Notes under the pieces: model-generated
What the model was told of the DNA's origin: nothing
Database searches by the model: none
The model's input: the letters and a program-made list of their open reading frames with translations, nothing else
Source of the DNA: a virus
Taxonomy: Duplodnaviria; Caudoviricetes
DNA length: 64,000 nucleotides
IMG/VR virus record: IMGVR_UViG_3300034418_005508
Span: 1,551-65,550 of that record
Reading direction: 5' to 3' (one strand)
Part shown: positions 30,968 through 39,407 of the stretch, piece after piece
How positions within the stretch are numbered: the stretch's first letter is position 1
Layout: each line of letters opens with the position of its first letter
Translations under genes and position numbers: made by a program

Positions 30968-32149
30968 TTAGACTTTGGGTCTACCCCAGTGTCTAGTCTT
31001 TCTTGTATTCGTAGTCTTTCTGCTGCGAGTCCTAATCTTTTTAGCCCTCTTCTTGCCTTTGCTGTGGTCATAATCGTACGCTCCGCATCCACCTGGTCCG
31101 CAGCTACCTCCGCTTTGGAATTTAGCTCTACCTCTGACTCTGGTCTTGAAGCCTGTGCTCTTCCTTGTTTTCTTTCTCTTAGGCATCTTTGGTCCTCTGC
31201 CGCCATCGTATGCTGCGCAAGGCTGTCCTTTTCTACATCCGCCTCTTTGACGTCTGTCGACCAAACCGCCCTTCAGCATCTCCTCAGTCATTGCGTCCTC
31301 TTCAGCTGCTGGATCTGCTCCTGCCATTGGATCGGCTTGAGCTGCCATAGACTGTTGCTGAGCTGCCATACCTTGATCCGCACCCACTCCCTGCATTCCC
31401 TGCTGGAAGTTTTGCTTCATGTTCTGGACACCAGCTTTCAAGTTACCGATACCCTGCTTTATCTGACCAGCTCTTACACCAGCTCCTGCTGCTGCACCCG
31501 CTGCCATTCTACCGAAGAATCCTTTACCTTGAGCTTTAGCTTCTTGTCTAGCAGCACGACGTGCCATACGTCTTTCCTTACCACCTTTCAATGCAGCTGC
31601 ACCCAACGCCATACCGAGAAGTGCTTTCTTAGGCTCTCCCCCATTTCTCAAACCTCTGTACGTTGTTGGCTCTGCCTCACCTCTTTTGACTGCTTGCCTA
31701 AACTCGTAGTTGTCTCTGATTCTAGCAGACGCCTTCTTCTGACGTACGCCTTTCTTCATCGTTCTTGCAGCGCTCCTAGTCTCTTTCTTGGTATTAGACT
31801 CACCAAGCATCTTCATGCCTTTCTTCATGTTAGCCTTACTCTTGGTAAGCTTCTTAGCAGAGCGCTTGATAGCCCCTGGGACTTTACCGAACTTGACTTC
31901 TTTAGAGTCTTCGATAAATGATTTTGGGTCTTTCTTTTTAGCTTCGCTCAAGCTTCCACCGGCTTGCATCTTACTTCTGTCTCCATGGGGAGCCGTTCGA
32001 CGCTTCTTGAGCTCTCTCCAGCGCTTTCTTGTCTCGCGGATTTTCTTGCGATCTTGTCTTCGAGCCTGACGCTTTTCTTTGCCTGGTTCCATGTCTTTGA
32101 TCATGATGGCACCTGTTGGGCGTTTGCCGCCACGTTGTTTGTAATTCAT
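30968..32149 (-). CDS. Highly basic modular protein (393 aa), xxxGG-punctuated
   Basis: KQRGG, MQAGG, LRNGG, MLKGG, RQRGG and FQSGG separate K/R-rich, Gly/Ala-rich and Cys-containing segments. Confidence 0.8.
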   Translation of the reverse strand: MNYKQRGGKRPTGAIMIKDMEPGKEKRQARRQDRKKIRETRKRWRELKKRRTAPHGDRSKMQAGGSLSEAKKKDPKSFIEDSKEVKFGKVPGAIKRSAKKLTKSKANMKKGMKMLGESNTKKETRSAARTMKKGVRQKKASARIRDNYEFRQAVKRGEAEPTTYRGLRNGGEPKKALLGMALGAAALKGGKERRMARRAARQEAKAQGKGFFGRMAAGAAAGAGVRAGQIKQGIGNLKAGVQNMKQNFQQGMQGVGADQGMAAQQQSMAAQADPMAGADPAAEEDAMTEEMLKGGLVDRRQRGGCRKGQPCAAYDGGRGPKMPKRKKTRKSTGFKTRVRGRAKFQSGGSCGPGGCGAYDYDHSKGKKRAKKIRTRSRKTTNTRKTRHWGRPKV

Positions 32150-32158
32150 AATTTCTAA

Positions 32159-32383
32159 TTATTTTTTCCAAGATACCCGCTTAGATGATTGTTTTCTGCG
32201 CATACCTGCTTTTGTACATGCGCTCATAGTAGGTCTGCAGGCCGGGTACCCTGTCTTCCTACTTTTCTTTGCTGACGATCTACCACAAGGGACAAACTTA
32301 CCTGCGGCTTTAGCTGCTTTGCAGTCTACCCAGCCACGGCCCTGGTTACGACCAAACCATTTTTTAAGTCCCTCGCTAGCCAT
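32159..32383 (-). CDS. Small basic Cys-containing phage protein
   Basis: 74 aa. LKKWF..WVDCK..PCGRS..YPACRPT..C, a pattern I recall from small proteins of marine phages. Confidence 0.75.
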   Translation of the reverse strand: MASEGLKKWFGRNQGRGWVDCKAAKAAGKFVPCGRSSAKKSRKTGYPACRPTMSACTKAGMRRKQSSKRVSWKK

Positions 32384-32772
32384 TACGCTTTAGTCCAGTA
32401 GCCGTATTCGTAGCTAATTTCGTCAGTTGTGCTGCTTGTTACTCTGATACCTTTGGCTCCTTTTACTGGGAGGAATATTGCTTCTCCCTCAGCCAAGTCT
32501 GCAAAGTCTTGAGTGTTCTCTGCTGTGCTTAGGACGAGGACAGGTGTGCCTCCGTCTTTGCTTACGTACTTGATATATACGTATGTGGTATCAGTTACAC
32601 CTGTACCTAGAATGGTATTTGGTCCTGTAGAACTAGTTACAGTGCCTGAGGCCAAGTTTACTACAGGGGCTTCTATGGTCAGAGAGTCTGTTACAGATAT
32701 ACCAAACCCTGCGGTTGTTGTTGTGGACGACCCCGTAGATGTTAGTGACAGCCTTGATTTAATGTTTCCCAT
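32383..32772 (-). CDS. Hypothetical beta-rich structural protein
   Basis: 129 aa, T/S-rich. Resembles 36960-37349 (YVYIK...LAEGEAIFLP versus LVFLK...LGPGQFTLFP). Confidence 0.7.
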   Translation of the reverse strand: MGNIKSRLSLTSTGSSTTTTAGFGISVTDSLTIEAPVVNLASGTVTSSTGPNTILGTGVTDTTYVYIKYVSKDGGTPVLVLSTAENTQDFADLAEGEAIFLPVKGAKGIRVTSSTTDEISYEYGYWTKA

Positions 32773-32784
32773 TGTTGTTCGTTA

Positions 32785-33090
32785 TTAGCACCGGCAGTTC
32801 CACTTGCGCAGTGACTTATTGATTCTTGAATTAGGATCTCTCTTACCCTTAGATCCTGTTCTCTTTGCTTTCATTCCACACATACGTGAGCAGAATGACT
32901 TTCTCCTGGACTTGCGTTTACCTGAGGGGTTAGACTCAGTTACTGGAGCAGCAAGTTTGCTCCCCGGGTTAGCAGCTCTGTAGGATGCCCTACCTTTTGC
33001 ATTGAGACCTCCGCTTGGGTTTTTACCAGCTTTCCTAGTCCAAGCAGCTCCTCTCTGATACTGTCTTTTATTTTTACTGAAGTATGTCAT
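32785..33090 (-). CDS. Small basic phage protein, DUF6321-like
   Basis: 101 aa. AWTRKAGKNPSGGLNAKGRASY...RRKSFCSRMCGMK...SRINKSLRKWNC. Confidence 0.75.
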   Translation of the reverse strand: MTYFSKNKRQYQRGAAWTRKAGKNPSGGLNAKGRASYRAANPGSKLAAPVTESNPSGKRKSRRKSFCSRMCGMKAKRTGSKGKRDPNSRINKSLRKWNCRC

Positions 33091-33344
33091 AGCCCTAGGT
33101 CTTCTGCGGTTACTACTTCAGTCCAGTCTGTACCAGCTAAGATCGCTGTGATCTGAGAGTACGTGTATGTTGTCTTGCCTGAGAAAAAGTCAGGTAGTGG
33201 AGTCTGGTACTTGATGACAGCTTGTGTACCATCAAGTGAGTACCTCAACACAGTCTTGTCTGTGTAGGGTAGCTGATCAAAGTCAATTGTAGAATTGACG
33301 TCATCCAACTCTGTCTTCGGTATGATTACAAACTTCTTCATCAC
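33087..33344 (-). CDS. Hypothetical protein (tail-fibre-associated)
   Basis: 85 aa. IDFDQ..LRYSLDGT..IKY..P.F..YT..I..IL..W; ATGA-coupled to the LamG gene. Confidence 0.7.
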   Translation of the reverse strand: MMKKFVIIPKTELDDVNSTIDFDQLPYTDKTVLRYSLDGTQAVIKYQTPLPDFFSGKTTYTYSQITAILAGTDWTEVVTAEDLGL

Positions 33345-34147
33345 GGTGGAGTTGGGGTGGTTACAAATGCTGGATCACCTTCTGTTGTTGCAACTGTTGC
33401 CAAACTTCCTGAGTTTGTGAGATCGTTGTTAAGTCTGTACCAGTTTTGCAGAAATGCAGATGACGTGTAGTCTCCACTATCTGAGCTGATGTCGAACGTC
33501 TCTCCGCTGTTGTACAAAGCTGTGACTTCTGCTGCACTCAGTTGTGTTGTCCATGTAGCTATCTCATCAAACGTACCAGTTGCATGTCCTGAGTAAGCAC
33601 CGTTCGATCCTTGATACGCACCGAATGGCATATTAAATGGGACTCCAACAAGCGTTGCTTCTTGTACTGTACCTGTAGACGCGCTTGTGCTGATCTTTTC
33701 TACCCCGTCTACGTACAACTTAAACGTACCGTTAGTACTTGCCCCACCCTTTCTTAGTGTTACTACAAAATGCACATAGTCTGATGTGCTAGGGGTACCT
33801 GCTGCTGCTAACCCTGAGTATGCAACACCTCCTAGTTTAATATTTGTTTGCCAGTATACTGCTCCAATGTTCAGCGATCTTACAAATACTGCAGTAGTGT
33901 TAGCACCTGTAGTGGTGTCAAAGCCCATCAAGTAAAATGTCTGCCAAGAAGACACTTTAACCCAGAATGAGATAGAGAAATCACTTCTCATCAAGGTCTG
34001 CAAGGCACCAGATTTATAGGTCTTAATCACATCACCTGTCCCATCTAAGTCTATGGCATGCGTATTAGAGTAGGGAGCAACTCTCTCTACACTACCTGCA
34101 TCTACTATAGCAGCACCTGGACTTATATTTAGGCTGAGACCAAGCAT
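33341..34147 (-). CDS. Concanavalin A/LamG-like lectin-domain protein (probable receptor-binding or decoration protein)
   Basis: 268 aa. DFSISFWVK, HFVVT, KLYVDG, GTFDEIATW..LSAAEVTALYNSG. Confidence 0.85.
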   Translation of the reverse strand: MLGLSLNISPGAAIVDAGSVERVAPYSNTHAIDLDGTGDVIKTYKSGALQTLMRSDFSISFWVKVSSWQTFYLMGFDTTTGANTTAVFVRSLNIGAVYWQTNIKLGGVAYSGLAAAGTPSTSDYVHFVVTLRKGGASTNGTFKLYVDGVEKISTSASTGTVQEATLVGVPFNMPFGAYQGSNGAYSGHATGTFDEIATWTTQLSAAEVTALYNSGETFDISSDSGDYTSSAFLQNWYRLNNDLTNSGSLATVATTEGDPAFVTTPTPP

Positions 34148-34434
34148 TACTCACACTTCCTGTATGCTATGATAGCTCCACCTGTAAGTTGAAGTGAGCT
34201 GAAGTTTCCGAATATTGTCACTCCTTTAGGCAGAGTAGTGTCTGTATCCAGATCGTCTATGTTAGAAACGACTCCGCTTGCATCAAGTTGGGTGCTGTCT
34301 GCGATTACAGTAAAAGCTACAAACCTACCTGTAACAATGGTTGCACCATCTATAAGAACGCCTCCGCATTCACCTGTCCTTGCCTGTCGGTCAATGGAGC
34401 TCAGCAGTCTTTCTTCGTTTGTTGTATATGCCAT
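34147..34434 (-). CDS. Small structural protein
   Basis: 95 aa. C-terminal LPKGVTIFGNFSSLQLTGGAIIAY; TAATG coupling. Confidence 0.7.
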   Translation of the reverse strand: MAYTTNEERLLSSIDRQARTGECGGVLIDGATIVTGRFVAFTVIADSTQLDASGVVSNIDDLDTDTTLPKGVTIFGNFSSLQLTGGAIIAYRKCE

Positions 34435-34436
34435 GA

Positions 34437-35120
34437 TTATTGTCCTTGTTGTTTATCGTTAACGGTGTCGTTTATACTATTTGTTAGCATAGCGAATTCA
34501 CCTTGTACCAAACCTTGTGTTATAGCGCTAACCATATCTAAAGGTAATGGGTATGCCATCTGGTCGTCATAACAATAATCGTTTTCACATGTAGCAAATT
34601 TCCCTACTTCTTCGGGATCTTCGAACACGCCTCTAACGTTTATCTTTTCCATACCGTTAGGTTCGTAGACGTAAATATACTCATCAATGACGTAATAACG
34701 TGTAAGTCTAGATGTATATTTATCGTATGGAATCCATTCCAGTTCGTAGGGTTCCATCTTAGGTATGGTGTCTGCACCGTTTACTTTACCTATGAATGTA
34801 AAAGCATCAGTGAGATTGAACCTAACAGTCTTAGGCATTCTCCTGTTGGTTCGATATATGGTACATCCTGTAGGTACTGCAGGACCTATGGTTCCTTCGC
34901 AGCATCTAGCCCAGTTGACTCTTTCTAGGTCTATGCATCCCAGGTCTTGTTCTATGGTTTTAGAGACGTACCCATTCCGTGAGTAGTCTCTACGTATCAT
35001 CATAGCCCTGTAATGCTGGATGTTGAACTTTATCTGATCGATAGATATAAGTTCATCGTTACTGCTCCTGCCGCCCCTAAGCAGGTTCAGTATGTTATAT
35101 GCCATTTCGTCAAGAGTCAT
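34437..35120 (-). CDS. Tail ring (tubular) protein
   Basis: 227 aa. MTLDEMAYNI..IKF.I..YRAM.IR..QDLGC....VRGVFEDP..YPLP, typical of crAss ring proteins. Confidence 0.8.
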   Translation of the reverse strand: MTLDEMAYNILNLLRGGRSSNDELISIDQIKFNIQHYRAMMIRRDYSRNGYVSKTIEQDLGCIDLERVNWARCCEGTIGPAVPTGCTIYRTNRRMPKTVRFNLTDAFTFIGKVNGADTIPKMEPYELEWIPYDKYTSRLTRYYVIDEYIYVYEPNGMEKINVRGVFEDPEEVGKFATCENDYCYDDQMAYPLPLDMVSAITQGLVQGEFAMLTNSINDTVNDKQQGQ

Positions 35121-35400
35121 CGTACTTCTTTTTAACGTGCACTAGCTCAGCACACTTTTCGTATTCTTCGTTGTCTTCAAAGTATTGTATGATGTCGTCT
35201 ACAATCATGCGAAATGTCTCAGGCGCAGAGGGGTCAAAGGGCAGGAAGATCATGTCGTCTGCTTTGTCCAAAAGCTCACGCACAGTCATCCCACCCGTAG
35301 CTATCGAATATGCATTTCGATAAGCCTCGTCAAGTATCTGTATCTCCTCTTCTAATGAGGAAATATTCTCTTCTTCGTCTCTGTCTTCAAACTCTAACAT
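35110..35400 (-). CDS. Acidic hypothetical protein with C-terminal UVR-like EEYEKCAEL motif (96 aa)
   Basis: Start reassigned to ATG 35400 to avoid a 160-nt overlap with the phosphoesterase gene. Confidence 0.65.
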   Translation of the reverse strand: MLEFEDRDEEENISSLEEEIQILDEAYRNAYSIATGGMTVRELLDKADDMIFLPFDPSAPETFRMIVDDIIQYFEDNEEYEKCAELVHVKKKYDDS

Positions 35401-36520
35401 TTGCCTGTAAATAGCCCTCAAGTCCTGTGGACTTATTCCATATATATGCTTGCCCTGTTCTTTTAGCTTCATACCCCATTTGCTTATGCCATTCATCGTT
35501 AGGACAAATAGAAGGTATGAACCGTACTTTGATACCTCTGTACTCATTTACCATTTCTTTGTGGAGATGCCCGCAGTGCACTTCTCGGTGTTCTGTACGT
35601 GCAAACATCTCTGGTTTTTCAGTTGCCATTATTAGTGGCATGTCTGCAGGTTTCTCCTTATCACCATGTGTGAACATGATCATGTTCGTGCCATACTCGT
35701 AGTACTTGCGTGAATCATAGTCATTGTCCACGGTGACATTGGCATCATTTCTATACCATCCTGCTAACACATCTCCTGCATAGAACATGCGTTCGTAGTC
35801 ATGGTTACCTGATACAACGATTACATCTACCGGTGCTCTTTGCTTAAGGAAGTCGATCGCAGTAGTCATCAGTTGCCAGTAACCTCTAAAGGTATCCTTC
35901 CACCCAGCAGAGTCCTGCTGTGGTGTCCCTTTGGTTGTAGTACCTCTCATACCCTCAGAGTTCATACCGTCATTACCGATGGGAAGTATGAATCTTTCTA
36001 TATCAAGTCCCGCCGCTTTTCTCCAGAGTTCTTCCACCACCTTCATGTACTGCTTCTCAACCTGATCAAGTGTCAGGCTATGAAGCTTTCCGTAGTGGAT
36101 GTCGGGCAATGAGATCTCGTACGCTACTGGCTCAAGAGCAGGCTTGTAGTCTACTCTGTTAACCTTGGGGCTGTACTTAGCTGCAAAGCTTTCTATCTCA
36201 TCTTTGATTGCTTCGACGCTCATTGAGTCACCCTTTGTGACTACAGAGAATCTCTGCTGTCCTGACACAGTCTGCCAGAACTTTACACTAGAAACGTCGG
36301 ACGGGCTGATGCCGTTCTTGTCAAGGAACTGTTCGAACTCACTAATGACACTCTCGTTATCATTCGTGTTTTCTTCATTACGTGCCAGCTTCCTGGCTTC
36401 GTACAACGCTGTCTCACAATCTTCGATAGGGCAATTAAGTCTCTCAGATAGTACGTCAGCGCTTTTCTTAAGGTATCCTCGCCTCTCGGCGATGAAGTCT
36501 TTGATTTCGTTTACAGTCAT
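35387..36520 (-). CDS. Calcineurin-like metallophosphoesterase
   Basis: 377 aa with the full motif set DIHYG, GNDG, GNHD, HGD, GHLH. Confidence 0.9.
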   Translation of the reverse strand: MTVNEIKDFIAERRGYLKKSADVLSERLNCPIEDCETALYEARKLARNEENTNDNESVISEFEQFLDKNGISPSDVSSVKFWQTVSGQQRFSVVTKGDSMSVEAIKDEIESFAAKYSPKVNRVDYKPALEPVAYEISLPDIHYGKLHSLTLDQVEKQYMKVVEELWRKAAGLDIERFILPIGNDGMNSEGMRGTTTKGTPQQDSAGWKDTFRGYWQLMTTAIDFLKQRAPVDVIVVSGNHDYERMFYAGDVLAGWYRNDANVTVDNDYDSRKYYEYGTNMIMFTHGDKEKPADMPLIMATEKPEMFARTEHREVHCGHLHKEMVNEYRGIKVRFIPSICPNDEWHKQMGYEAKRTGQAYIWNKSTGLEGYLQANVRV

Positions 36521-36963
36521 GTGTTTGGTTTACGACTCTTTTCAATTGTTCTACCTGCGAAGTATGCACCGAATGCAGTAAGCATAAGTATCTCGAGCAG
36601 AGATACATAGCTGTCCTTTACATTGAAAGGCCATGCGTCCATGGAGTCTGCTATCATTGTAGCCATGAACATCACCATCAAACAGATCAGTGTGACGGGT
36701 CTGATGTACTTCGCAAGCTTTACATCGCTACCCATGTCGGCTTTCCACCGCTCAGTAACGTTGTTTTGAAATGCTATCTCAGCATCTATCTTAGCCTTTG
36801 CTTCGGCTGGATCAATCCCTGGCTCTTTGTCCAAGAGATTCTTTACGACACCAAGTGCACCTTGGTCAGGGAGTAGGTCACCTACTGTACTAAGTACGTT
36901 AGGTGCCTTCTCCTTTAACCATTTGCCAAGGCCGGTATCTTTTATTTTTTTACGCTCACTCAT
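36517..36963 (-). CDS. Holin-like membrane protein (GTA holin 3TM family-like)
   Basis: 148 aa. VTERWKADM.SD..LAK.IRP, two hydrophobic helices, FGAYFAGRTIEK. Confidence 0.75.
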   Translation of the reverse strand: MSERKKIKDTGLGKWLKEKAPNVLSTVGDLLPDQGALGVVKNLLDKEPGIDPAEAKAKIDAEIAFQNNVTERWKADMGSDVKLAKYIRPVTLICLMVMFMATMIADSMDAWPFNVKDSYVSLLEILMLTAFGAYFAGRTIEKSRKPNT

Positions 36964-37349
36964 TTTGCTGCTCCAGCTAGAACTTCAAGACGAATGCCGT
37001 TTGAATCATTACCGTAGAGCTTAAGATCATCTCCTGTCTCAGTTCTCCAGGGGAACAGTGTAAACTGCCCAGGGCCGAGTCTCATGATCTGTTGGCTGCC
37101 TATGATTACATACAAGTACTTGCCAGTAGCTGTAGCCCGGTTCTTAAGAAAAACCAGAACGTTCTTATCTGCTCCGTAGGTAGATACTTGCAACATTGTC
37201 TCAGCAGCACCACTAGTGGTTGCCGTAATGCTACGTATGTATCTGTCTACGTCCGAGTCTAGCGTATATGCTTTATCGTTCCTAGACGCAAAAGCGTTAG
37301 TGAATATGTTCTTAGACTGCAGCTGCAGCGTTGTATTAATCGAGGCCAT
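36960..37349 (-). CDS. Hypothetical beta-rich structural protein
   Basis: 129 aa, in the tail-fibre cluster; probable distant paralogue of 32383-32772. Confidence 0.65.
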   Translation of the reverse strand: MASINTTLQLQSKNIFTNAFASRNDKAYTLDSDVDRYIRSITATTSGAAETMLQVSTYGADKNVLVFLKNRATATGKYLYVIIGSQQIMRLGPGQFTLFPWRTETGDDLKLYGNDSNGIRLEVLAGAAK

Positions 37350-37752
37350 CAGTAATTATTTGTAGTATTTTTTCTACCTGCTCTCCTGTAATGTCATCAG
37401 GAAGCTGGTCTTCTCTTACGGGGTGAAGCTGGAGAGTAACGCTTTCATCAAGCATGTCCTCAACCTTTTTCATTTGGTCCTTGCGCTCTTCGATCAAGTC
37501 CTTGTTGTCTTCCTCCAACTGGTCCATAGCTTCTTTGTCTTGTGCTTCGACGAGATCTCTCATCTGGATAGACACAGTTTGGAAAGCCGGTGAGGGAACA
37601 GCTGCCTGTTCAATTGGGTTAAGGATGTGACGAATCTCCTTCATGTTCTTGCCGACAAGCATAGCGAAGCGAGAGCCTTTAATGTCCTTAACTCCTTCCA
37701 GTCCTCTGTACAAGTTGAGGAGTTCACGGTTAGTACCTTCAAAATTGATCAT
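37336..37752 (-). CDS. Helical protein, possible tail-fibre chaperone
   Basis: 138 aa directly downstream of the fibre gene. Function inferred from position and coiled-coil composition. Confidence 0.55.
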   Translation of the reverse strand: MINFEGTNRELLNLYRGLEGVKDIKGSRFAMLVGKNMKEIRHILNPIEQAAVPSPAFQTVSIQMRDLVEAQDKEAMDQLEEDNKDLIEERKDQMKKVEDMLDESVTLQLHPVREDQLPDDITGEQVEKILQIITDGLD

Positions 37753-37777
37753 AATGTTTGGGTTATAGGTTTATATG

Positions 37778-37785
37778 CAAATTTA
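37778..37785 (-). promoter_or_regulatory. Bacteroidota -7 element TAAATTTG
   Basis: TAnnTTTG consensus in a 40-nt intergenic gap, 25 nt upstream of ATG 37752. Confidence 0.65.
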
Positions 37786-37792
37786 CACAGAA

Positions 37793-39406
37793 TTAGTTTA
37801 TAACTAGGAAGTTGACTCTCATAACTCCTGCAGTTGTACCAGAGTTTTCTTGGTTGTGCAGGAGTATAGTGAATGTACCTGTACCTTGGTTACCTAGAGA
37901 TACTGAGTATCTAGCGTTAGCTGTCCCAGTCTTATCGAACAAGGTCAGTAGTATGAGTGAGTTTGCAGTTACTAAGCTGTTGCTTACATCAAAGGATGCG
38001 GTCGCGTCCCCTGCCAAAGTACAGGTGCTGCAAAGTGTTATCTTACCACTTGTAGTATTGAGAGTTACCCCATCTACAAACCCTGCTGTAGCTCCTTGAG
38101 TCACTGATCCCATACCTGTATGTATGATTCCGTGATCAGCGGCTGTGAGGGTTATGTCCCCGTCCGCAACTGTGAGGTCACCTGAAGTGATGTTAACTTG
38201 ACCACCCGCGACTCTGAGACTACCGTTGTTTACAGTAACGTTTTGAGACTCGTCTACGGTAAGTGCATCAGTATCTGCTGTACGAATCTTTACGCTGCCA
38301 TCTGTACCACTACCAGCTTTACGGCCTCCGTTAATTGTCAGTGCGCCCCCACTACCGTTAGTATCACCGTCTCCAGCTTTGATTGTGACGTCTCCGCCTG
38401 CGTTACCTGTACCAGATGCACTTGCGCCTTGTATTGTAAAGTTGGATGTCGCTCCAGTGATGGTGTTCTTTACCGACAGGGTTTGGCTGTTACTGCCTGT
38501 GGTACCCAGAGAAATGTTGTTGGCTACGTTGAGGTCAGATGTGAAGTAAGCTGTAGGGGTAGCACTACCTATGAAGACTTTACCTGATGTGTCTATGTTA
38601 ATGCCTTCGTTGGTTACGTCGTTGCTTATCCAACCACTGCCCATCCCCAGGTTGTTGTCGTCAAAGTCTACGTTGGCTGTTATACTACCAATGCTGGAAG
38701 ATATCTCTATCGCACCTGCAGTATTGTTTATTGACACATTTGTGCCGGCAGTCAATGTAGACCATGCAGGCTTACCTGTAGTCTCATTGTGTATGAGAAC
38801 CTGACCGTTTGCTGTAGGTGTGACTTGCTGTATGTCATTTGTGTCGTTACCAAACAACACCCCACCTTTTACAATAGAGGACAACCCTGTACCACCGTTT
38901 GCTTCTGGAAGAATACCAGCTACATCTGTAGTAAGGGTAACTGTAGTCAGGTACTCATTGGTAGTGTTCCTAAAGTTGCTGAGGTCGTAGTTAGAGGGGT
39001 CCCACGCCAAGAGGATGTTACCCTTCGTAGTGTCGTTGGCGTCTGTTTCTTCAACAATCTGTATGGGGCAGTTTGCATTGTTGTGCTCTCCGGCACTTGG
39101 CATTGATATGCTCCCGTCAAAGTCTACTCTAAATCCTTTGAAGATGAGTGTATTGTTGTCTATACCTGTAGTGGTATCTGCGCTACCTCCTCCCACGAAC
39201 AGCTTTGAAGAGTTTCCTATATTAACCAAGGACGTGCTGTTTGCACCGTTGTTATGTGCAAGCGTTCCGTTGTTCAGTTTAGGGAACACGTCTGTAATAG
39301 GCAGCTGGAATGATCTACCCGTACTTCCATTGGACAGGAGCAGTACGTCGTCAGCCGTAGTTTCCCTTTTAGATTTTACCGGTAGTGATGTAAGTCTTTT
39401 AGCCAT
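37793..39406 (-). CDS. Tail fibre/spike protein
   Basis: 537 aa, G/T/N-rich. LPEANGGTGLS, GQVL...PAW and GGDVTIKAG/GGALTINGG fibre repeats. Confidence 0.8.
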   Translation of the reverse strand: MAKRLTSLPVKSKRETTADDVLLLSNGSTGRSFQLPITDVFPKLNNGTLAHNNGANSTSLVNIGNSSKLFVGGGSADTTTGIDNNTLIFKGFRVDFDGSISMPSAGEHNNANCPIQIVEETDANDTTKGNILLAWDPSNYDLSNFRNTTNEYLTTVTLTTDVAGILPEANGGTGLSSIVKGGVLFGNDTNDIQQVTPTANGQVLIHNETTGKPAWSTLTAGTNVSINNTAGAIEISSSIGSITANVDFDDNNLGMGSGWISNDVTNEGINIDTSGKVFIGSATPTAYFTSDLNVANNISLGTTGSNSQTLSVKNTITGATSNFTIQGASASGTGNAGGDVTIKAGDGDTNGSGGALTINGGRKAGSGTDGSVKIRTADTDALTVDESQNVTVNNGSLRVAGGQVNITSGDLTVADGDITLTAADHGIIHTGMGSVTQGATAGFVDGVTLNTTSGKITLCSTCTLAGDATASFDVSNSLVTANSLILLTLFDKTGTANARYSVSLGNQGTGTFTILLHNQENSGTTAGVMRVNFLVIN

Positions 39407-39407
39407 T

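Noticed and set aside
30931-31206. Alternative-frame minus-strand ORFs within the basic cluster (also 30531-30755, 31971-32171)
   Set aside because: Nested in the main CDSs and explained by their low-complexity codon usage; no frameshift signal identified.
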